Source: Perkinsus chesapeaki ATCC PRA-425
Lineage: Eukaryota > Protista > Perkinsozoa
Assembly: GCA_013115145.1 (NCBI GenBank)
Contig: JAAPAO010000003.1
Location: 62,001-126,000 of the forward strand
DNA: 64,000 bases
Direction of reading: 5' to 3'
A program made the translations under genes and the position numbers. Shown here one piece after another: positions 55,821-64,000 of the stretch. The notes under the pieces were generated by a model, which had not been told where the DNA came from, did no database searches, and worked only from the letters and a program-made list of their open reading frames with translations. The first letter of the stretch is position 1. Each line of letters opens with the position of its first letter.

Positions 55821-57885
55821 TTAATGGTGTTGTCTTCCTTCACGAGCTGTCGATCTCATTTCTACGTCCTTCATTTGCGAAAGTTCTGCCTCTATTCGGG
55901 GCAACCCGTATTTTTTGTGAAGAGGACCGTAAACCTTGCAATAATCGTAGGCCTCTCTCAGAGAACCTGTTGATGATACCATCGTCGTATAGATGAGCGT
56001 AACTGGTCGAGTGACGAGGAACGGGTCGTACCAAAGCAGCATTAAGGTCGCAACACCTAACACTGTCAAACCACGTCGACGGTCACAGGCTGCCAGACCC
56101 GGCTCCATGGCCATTACCTGTGCGGTTACATAGTTCATAATGCCGGTAACATCCCATGGCAGCCCAGCAAGGGCTACTGATGCTGTGATTGTAGCACCGC
56201 ACGAGAGGACCACACCGGATGCCGAGAAGTCTCCAGTTAGGAGCCGAGCAAGAACGATCGACAGACACAACACTAGCATGGCAACCTGGCCCTTATCGGC
56301 GTTCATGAGAGCACAGATTACGGCCAGACACCCCGCAACGGCGAACACAGCGATTGTTACTCCAATGTGCCTGAGGCACACCATGCCATTCTGCTCGGGA
56401 AGGAGGGTTGCTCGCAGCTCTACTGTGATGCGAAAGAGGCGATTCGCCATGTAGAGGTAAATAGACGTGGTGATTAGAAGGTTACAAAGCGGGTGGTCAG
56501 GCAGCAATACTAAAGTCTTCTTGGCGTTCTCGGTGAGCCAGATGTGGTGCTGTAACAAATACGTCTCTAATGTTATTTTGCCCATTCGAACAAGGGGCTC
56601 CAGATAGTGGGTGCGCAACCTGAGACAAGGTGTCTACTTTCATGCTTCGAGCATATTGCCCTTACCATGGCGTCAAGTTCCTCGCAAAAATAAATGTCAG
56701 AAGTGGCACAGCGAAGAAGTAGGGATGGGCGCGATTATAGTCCCCTTTCCGCAAGGAATGGACCTCTGTAAACCAACTGTAGCTTAGAAACCCGAGCACC
56801 GACAGAACACAGAGCTTAATGAACCACTCGTGGTGCTGAGGGAGCTTCTCAACAATTTCCATCCATTTGATAATGGTGGGGTAGGTGTAAGCAAAAACCA
56901 TACCAAGATAGGCAGACCAATGGTCGAGGCCGCTCCTGTAGTGCCACTCGTAGAGCACCCCTGCCTGCGCACCTTGAATGGGCGAGTGGGGCAGAACCCA
57001 GCCGAAGACGGCGTCGAACCAACGATGGTCAACATCCCAGATGAGATAGATTATCACACCTAGAGCTACAAGCTTGGCCCTCATCAGAGATTTGTCATAG
57101 TTGGAAGATCGGAACGTCCGCATAGTAAAGTATGCTAGCAGGAAGTAGAAGGTATGCAATGGTACAATATAATATAAAATGTAAGTTGTGTTCATCGTTA
57201 GACAGAGGAGTATCACCGACATGTTCAGTCGCCAAAGCATAGCTATGAGCCTCCCAATGCTATAGTCGTTTTGGGTGTAGAAGTAACTGAAGTTGCCGAA
57301 GCCAGTCATCCACACATAAGCGCTCACAAAGACCCGGATCATGTTGTAGATGTCGCTGGCGTGGAAGTAGTGATACGCCAGGAAGAGGAATTGCAGCCAG
57401 CCCTTGAGCTCTTCGGAGTTCTTTCGACCGAACACGATCAGCTTTGCTTCTTCTGGATTCCTCTCGATCTTTACCCAAGTGAGTGAGTGCAACATGAAGA
57501 CGATGAATATGAACCAGAAAGTATCCCTGGCGTACCGCCTCTCACCATGAGGGTAGAAAGGCGCCCACTCGCAGGCGAAGGCCCAGAGCAGGATAACACC
57601 CAACTGCGTGGCCCGCAGGGTGAGCTGCTTCCAAGAATTTACGGATCCATCGAACGGCTTCGCCCTGATGTCAGTTATTGCATTCACCACTTCCCCTGTG
57701 GGCTTTGAACCAACATTCTGGTAACGAGAAGAGCCCGTGCAAGCAAGGACATTGGAGATGATCTCGTCACTGTGCAGGCTCAGGCAGAGAAGAGCACAGC
57801 TTCCGAACACAAGGACGCTCATGAGAGTCGTCACCGGGAGAATATTTGACAGAGTGGGCTCCACTGGGCCATCTCCTGGCAGCAT
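55821..57885 (-). CDS. CASD1: CAS1-domain / RWA-like O-acetyltransferase, two exons
   Basis: EELKGWLQFLFLAYHYF, IRVFVSAYVWMTGFGNFSYF, LWRLN, YYIVPLHT, EWHYRSGLDH and GKITLETYLLQHHIWL. Confidence 0.9.
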
Positions 57886-57979
57886 GATGTGTCGCAAGCT
57901 GCCATAGCAACTTGTGTGGCAGAAAATTCAACATAACTCAACGCTTGCCTTATCGGACAACATAGCAAGAACAACATGA

Positions 57980-58891
57980 TCAGGCCTCGGTGAGGTCGTC
58001 ATTGAAATAAAGGTGGACTACTGGTATGTGTTCATCAGGATCGATGTCGAGGCTCTTTAGTAACTGAGAGGCGGTATGACAAAGCTCAGAGGCACGGGCT
58101 GTTTACCTGAGCTTCATCTGCCACTCCGTTCTCTTCTAGCGTCTTGTCCATATCAAGCTCCTTTCCGAGCCGCTTCCAAGTGTAGCTGCCGGCATGGTAG
58201 TTGTACTCTATGTACCTTTTCCATGCCATCAAAATGAGCATCATCGATCGGAGACTAACCTGTCCGATATCTCGGATATGGTCTCTTCCACTGGGACTTC
58301 CAGAATGCACGTCTGGTTCGTTAACACGTTAACAACACCAACCTTGCGAGTCGCGCTGGCAAAACCGCCGATGTGGTACTGCGGGTCTCGCCACCACCTA
58401 AAGCGTGGTAAGCAAGCCTCGAGGCATTTGACTAGCTTTTACGGGAGGTCAACGGCGTCCTTTCGATGGTCTGAATCGGGAATGGGGCTCGGCAAGTGGA
58501 GGTAACGGCCATTTGGACAGAGTGGCGCCTGAGAACAGCAAGTGAGGGCATAATGATTTTCCGTCATAGCCCACCCTCATATTGGATAGCTCCGGGTCGA
58601 TGAACAACTTCGGCGTCGGCAATCCTTCTTCATCAAGCTCGAACCAATGTGTGATGTTGGTCCCCGCCGCCTTGAGGATGGGCAAGCTCAGGGCCGACCG
58701 TTCTTTTGATAGCAGACCCGTGAGATCAAGCACCTTAAAACAGATGCGTAATCTCAGTAGAAGGGATGTCTTACTCTGTCATATATCGCTACCCAACAAT
58801 CGTTGTTCTTACTGTGGACGGCGATGTCAGCAGGTGTGTAGTATCGCTTCCTGCCGTACGAGGTTGGTAGATCTCCTCGGTGGATTTTCAT
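57980..58891 (-). CDS. CYB5D1: Cytochrome b5 domain-containing protein 1
   Basis: [53 protein letters not shown] and [11 protein letters not shown]. Confidence 0.9.
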
Positions 58892-58989
58892 GGCGAAAAA
58901 CGCGGCAAACAACAGCTGGCGATTTTGAGCGTCCCAGCAACGCGAAGCCTTCAACTATGAAACTATCTCGTCCTTCGCAACATGCATAC

Positions 58990-59919
58990 TCATGCAACTC
59001 GCGACTTTCCCGCGCCGTGGTGCGATCCAAATGCGAACATTGCCGCCCCAACAAGTGTAAGGGCAACACCGTAATACTGGACACCCATGAAGGCCTGGCC
59101 GAAGAGCATATTGGAGGCCAGCATAGCAATGGGCTTCACTGAGTGGGAGGTCACCTCTTTGTTGACGGTACCAAACTCTCTGGTCACATGCAGGCTGAGA
59201 AGGTTGAAGCTAACAGCTATCACGGCCGACACAGCCACGAACGTCGCTGTAGAGGGTAGCTCTCGCCAGGGGTGGGCACCTTCTACGAGACTTGAGCTGA
59301 CCAAGAGCATCGGGGCGGTGACAACTGCTGCGCGGTAAAGGAGAGTGTGAACATCGCTCTGCTTAGACCGTAATAATAAAAACTGTATATTGCCTCTGAC
59401 CGCTCTGGTCCACACTGCCAGAATCGATAACACCATGCCCAGCAGAGATGCCTTGGTAGCCATATGAGAATTGGTCAGGTGGTCAGAGGCGCAGACAATG
59501 CAACCAAATGCAAGGCATGCAACAGCCATGCCCATTCGAGGGGTGATGTCCAATGCTGTGATGCCGTCAGTGAGGCGCGCGGACAAAAATTGGGTTACCA
59601 GCGCCCATATTGGAGACGTTGACTGAATTATTGTGTGCCAGGATGGATGCAAGTAGAGCAAAGCGGCGTTACCTGCAGCTATCGATAACCCACCGAGTGC
59701 TGTCACCACTGTTATCGCGAGCATCGTCCCGCGGGGCACAGGCGCTCTGGGCAGACTCGCGCTGACTAGTAGAGTTGCAGCTTGGTGGGTGAATGTCAAA
59801 AATAGTGGGTACTTGAAATGATAATGGACATAGAGCCACTTGGTGCAGTTGGATTGTGCAATCATGCACAGGAGAAAGCAGACGAGCGATACTCTTCGGT
59901 CTGCCCACGAAAAGGACAT
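58990..59919 (-). CDS. Triose-phosphate/nucleotide-sugar transporter family (SLC35/TPT), intronless
   Basis: KWLYVHYHFKYPLFLTFTHQ, GNAALLYLHPSWHTIIQSTSP and FNLLSLHV; many TM segments. Confidence 0.85.
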   Translation of the reverse strand: MSFSWADRRVSLVCFLLCMIAQSNCTKWLYVHYHFKYPLFLTFTHQAATLLVSASLPRAPVPRGTMLAITVVTALGGLSIAAGNAALLYLHPSWHTIIQSTSPIWALVTQFLSARLTDGITALDITPRMGMAVACLAFGCIVCASDHLTNSHMATKASLLGMVLSILAVWTRAVRGNIQFLLLRSKQSDVHTLLYRAAVVTAPMLLVSSSLVEGAHPWRELPSTATFVAVSAVIAVSFNLLSLHVTREFGTVNKEVTSHSVKPIAMLASNMLFGQAFMGVQYYGVALTLVGAAMFAFGSHHGAGKSRVA

Positions 59920-60150
59920 GTGGTTCAGCGATCGGATAACTCTTTAAGCTGGGATTGCTAAATAACACACGTGAATTGACAAAACAACGCTTATAAGCGG
60001 TAAAATTGAAACGTATCCGAAACGCACGTCATGTCCAAATGTGAGGCTACTTCCCAGCCGCCTTAGCTGCCTCCAAGGTCGACTGTTGGCACATGTCGAA
60101 GAAAGATACTCCCCTAACAATAGGTAGGACAAGCTGATAAGGACGACTGG

Positions 60151-62020
60151 CTAAACCATACCCAGGAAGCATATCGATTCAATCGACTCTATCCAGAATT
60201 TCAAATTTTCGAAACTATCGGAACATCGAGATCTCGTGGAGAGCAAAGCACGAAGAACTTGCTGTTGTTCAGGATTTGCTGCCGGTGATGATATGCTTTT
60301 GGCGGAGAGAATATAACAATATGTGTATTCATCCAGTTTCATCCAGTGTAGTGTTGTCTCAATTAGCAAATCACTAGCAAATAGGAAGGAAATCATAGAG
60401 CTGGCTCAGATCACATCGACGACTTGCACATAGAGTTGCACTTACTTTGCCAGCATCTGTTGAGCCCTCCGCAGCTCCTGTCTCAAACGGGTATGCTGAT
60501 TCGGCAAGACCTGCGAAGAAGTATACATGTCGTCAGATACGGAAGTATCCGGACCCCTTACATTAGCCACATCTTTGCCAACTTCAAATGGATTGTCGAC
60601 AAATAGGTAAACTCCAGCACTTGGCGATGTCGCTCTGGACTGTGACGTGGAAGCTGACGAGTTTGCCGCTGCTACATCCCGTATAGCTATGGTACCAAAT
60701 TTGTACATGTACCTAAGCCTAAGCCTAGCAGATTGTTGTTCAGAGGTGGCATACCCGTAGTAGCGGAAGAACTCGTGGAGGAGGTACCCAACACTCTCAG
60801 TGTTACGACCGCCGTGCTCCTTGCATAGGTAGTCCAACTCGTCACTAACCATCTTAGGGTCGGTGGCGAATCTGCCAGCATTGGTGATTGGCATTTTATA
60901 GATGCCTTACCGGCAGTCTACTCCTTGAACGTAAAGTGGCGGCATGTTGTGTTGCAAGGCCAGATCCTGAAGGCTCGGCAGAACCGGTGCTGGCCGTCGC
61001 TGGAGGAAATGTATCATCATTAATATAAGCGAGAATGATGACAAGGTGCCTCGGGAACGATCGTTGATGCCACGAGCTTTGCACCAGTATCTACCCGAAA
61101 CCTTCAGAGCTGATTGTTCGGTGATTCGCGGCTACTTCACAGCGATTCCGAGTGGCCGCAAGCGTGGATCGATCTCCATATAGGCCCCGATGAGCCTTGA
61201 GTTCACTACTGCTAAGGTATTATTGACAGAGATGTCGGTAGCAAGCATCGAGCCTGGGACCTTCGGAGACCAGTGGATAATAGGTATACGCGCCGAGAAT
61301 CTTGGTTCGACAAAATGGGTGGTGACACGCGCCAAAGCGGCTGAAAAACCAATAAGGACAATCTTCCAGGAGTGAGCTCACTGGCTAGCTTCCGGAGAAG
61401 GACGATTTGCTCAGCTCTAGTCTGGTGGCCGGGAACCTGGCCGGACGCTGGACATAGAGGATGGTAATAGATCTACTTGTATGCAGACATCCACATCAGA
61501 GTGAGGTGTCCAGAAACCGTTAATGGCCGAGCCAAAAGCGTGGACCCTAATTTCGCCGTCTACCAGTTTTGACACTGTAGTTTGGAGGGCAGTCAGGAAG
61601 CTGAAGGAGCGGTGGATATTCGGAAGGTTGCTGAGGCCGACCTGTCCCTGTCCTTGTGGTCCTGGTCTGTCGGTCTGACCTCGGCCTCCAAGGCGTCTAC
61701 CTCTGCCGTTAACTTGACCATTCTGGGATCGTCACTACCGGCAATCTACGGACGCCAGTCACCCCCTCCCCACCTCCCCTTCTCAATAGTACCTTGCCGA
61801 CAGTCCTCGCAGAGGCGAACATGGAGAGATGAGCGTCTCCTTTGTATGTGGTAGCCCTAACGCCTGTGGCCTGCCTCGGGGCGACCTCTGCAGCTGGGTC
61901 GGTGGGCAGTGTCCAAGCAAGAGGCTCCTCCGGTCCTCCTAGACGAGTAGAAGCTGTGGCCGTAGAGAGCATTCGAATGACCGCTCTCGATGCATGGTGA
62001 GCAGTGTAAGGAGATAGCAT
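60151..62020 (-). CDS. Non-canonical poly(A)/terminal uridylyl polymerase (Cid1/TUT/MTPAP-like); ends approximate
   Basis: FGSAINGFWTPHSDVDVC (GS..DxD), ARIPII, DISVNNTLAVVNSRLI, LGIAVK/WCKARGINDRSRGTLSSFSLILMMIHFLQ, LLHEFFRYYG and VDNPFE. Confidence 0.88.
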
Positions 62021-62517
62021 ACCTTCAAGAAACTCAATTATCCGCAGTGCGCGATGGCGTTGGGAAGTCAGAAGAGAGCAAGAGTTACTCCCCCGATGTC
62101 GCGTGCGTGCACGATATCTTCACGAAGCTGCTGTTCTGCCTGGGTTTAACTTTCCATATGATGGCATCGTTCGTTTACTGAGCTTTTACCTTAATGGTAT
62201 CTAGATGTGTCATCGGGAACTTTACTCAGCTGAGTCAGCCTCTTCAGGTTCTTCGAAGTTCGAAGTCTGAACTTCCGAGTCTCTTTCGGTCATGGACATC
62301 ATTCAGCGCCTGAATTTCTGCCGATTGGTTCGCTTTAGTCGAGCGTCAGGATTGGCATTTACCTCATCAGAGTTTGGTGGGTGGTATAGAGTCTAGGCTT
62401 CACATTGCAGATACTATGAGTTGTAGGCAGAGTGTAGATTCGAGTCGAGAGTCTCCAACTCCCCCCACTGATGAACTCAGAAGTAAGTGATCATAGACAA
62501 CTTTTATTCATGGCAAT

Positions 62518-63240
62518 TAACGATATAAGATCACGCCCGAACTGCTTCCTCTTCCACTAGACAATGTTAGCGAGAGCGTTTGCTGTGCCGTCGTGCCTGA
62601 GGAAGACAAGATATAGGAGATTCTGGGATCGCTTCGACAGTGATACGAGCAAGTGATATTTGTAATAAAGGTGACCTACACTTTATCGTTGGACGTTTCG
62701 CTTGTTCCAGCACTCAACTTTCCGACAGTGGCATCGAACGCCGGCTCCGTTCCCTGAAACGGTGACAATAATGGATCTAGGGGCACTAGTACTTACCTCG
62801 TGGTTTCTCCTCATTCGTAGTCCTAGGTAAAATTGCACCCAGCTGGATGCGACGAGGATAACCAGTAAAATAATTATAACAACAAGTAGAGGCCCGTGGT
62901 CCTCGGGGCTCGGAATTGTTGCTTGTGAGGTTTGGAGCCTGAGAGAGAATCAGGATTTCAGGAAACTAGTCGAAATTTGTTACCTGTCTTCGACTTCCAC
63001 TTGAGTTGTCGGCCCTACTGCCGTACCAAAGACGGGGTCGAGGGTAATCCCTTCAAAAAGACCCGGCCTCCAGGTAGTTCCAGTCTCGACCGGAGAAGCG
63101 GTGCTGGTACTGGTTTCAGACAAGTAGAGGTCGAAGTTGCCCTCTATTTGACTGAAATCAAACAGCTCGCGGTCCTCATGGGCCACAGACGGCAAGCAGA
63201 TCATCATAGTGACGATGTAGATGAAGGTTTGACGCATCAT
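62518..63240 (-). CDS. Hypothetical type I membrane protein (signal peptide, S/T-rich ectodomain, single TM); 3' end approximate
   Basis: MMRQTFIYIVTMMICLPSVAH signal-like; spliced exon LLVVIIILLVILVASSWVQFYLGLRMRR is a TM segment with basic stop-transfer. Confidence 0.65.
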
Positions 63241-63600
63241 TTCAGTCGACTGGAGTAATCAACTTCACCTAAGGAGTAAGTGGCACTAGTCAACTTCATT
63301 GGATTAACTCGATTAATGCGGTCGGAGACCGGTCGCGGTAGAGCCGTGCGGTCGCGGGCCTCTACCACGACCGCATGCCTAAATGCACGATTATTCTTTG
63401 CCGAAATGCCTGGTATCTCCTTGTTCAATCATTGGTGGTATATTCAGCGTAAGCGTACCAACATGGGAATCGGAAACCGTCTAATCGATGAGAAGCAGAA
63501 CGGGAGCTTAGCTGAAGGGACTATGGATACATGTCCCAAACCCTTACCGTGAGTATATTGAGGAGGCTCGTTATAGTAATGATTTATAAGTTACCAGTTT

Positions 63601-63647
63601 TCTTACCACTGGTAAGACGGTAAGGTCCTGGCAGGACCTTACCGTCT
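63601..63647. repeat. Cluster of perfect inverted repeats (15-bp arm hairpin 63615-63647; 8-bp arm 63601-63617)
   Basis: AGACGGTAAGGTCCT-GGC-AGGACCTTACCGTCT and TCTTACCA-C-TGGTAAGA seen directly. Confidence 0.9.
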
Positions 63648-64000
63648 GCCGTCATGTTTAACGATTCTATTTGTGGCTTTAGCTTGTTTGTCTAAATGGC
63701 CATCCTGACAAAGGTAGCGCGGCCTGCTGTATGTCGGCAAGGGCTTTTAGGCGTTCATGCTGGCTCTTGCCGGACATTTTTCAATTCCAAATGGGTTAGA
63801 AGGATTGAAAGGCTGACAGCACCAGCGCGGTGAGAAGTGCCATCTCTCTGATATATAATCCAGAATAATGCAGGCGACCACCACCCCCAGTTATACCAGA
63901 GAAGGAAGTCCCTCCTCCAGTCGATCCATCAGTAGTGCCCGTCAACCCAGTCCTAGGCAGCAAGCGGCCAGGTGATTTATGCGATCGGCCTTATTTATTT

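Noticed and set aside
1-64000. Spliced-leader RNA, rRNA, intact tRNA or CRISPR array
   Set aside because: No perkinsid/dinoflagellate SL 22-mer, rRNA motif, complete cloverleaf or regularly spaced repeat-spacer array was seen by eye.

Overview
Eukaryotic protist DNA with many 40-50 nt GT-AG introns, short intergenic spacers and alveolate-like proteins. It is most consistent with a Perkinsus species; this is inferred, not verified. The window has three zones. (1) 1-7 kb is gene-dense: a 73-aa myristoylated/tail-anchored protein, a minimal Qa-SNARE, peroxisomal BADH and ZCCHC4. (2) 7-26.6 kb is a transposon island. It holds a 2.2-kb internally deleted LTR element with intact TG..CA LTRs and a CTCGA target-site duplication, a PHD-finger ORF, a truncated Tc1-like DD34E transposon, and a BEL/Pao-like retroelement with an open 2409-aa gag-pol plus an unknown downstream ORF. 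Pseudogene debris and a second PIF1-like helicase fragment follow. Several fragment junctions there carry perfect fold-back palindromes. (3) 26.7-64 kb is housekeeping genes: importin-7, TOM40, TAF4-like, DHHC, SPC25-like, PIF1, serine carboxypeptidase, PCNA, eIF2-beta, CASD1/RWA-like, CYB5D1, a TPT-family transporter and a Cid1/TUT-like polymerase. The most unusual items are a predicted secreted protein built from about six tandem, mostly nucleophile-less acyl-protein-thioesterase-like alpha/beta-hydrolase domains (43.65-49 kb), the fold-back/templated-insertion junctions, and the hybrid Pao-like element. All gene models were spliced by eye; no database searches were run. No rRNA, intact tRNA, spliced-leader or CRISPR sequence was recognised.
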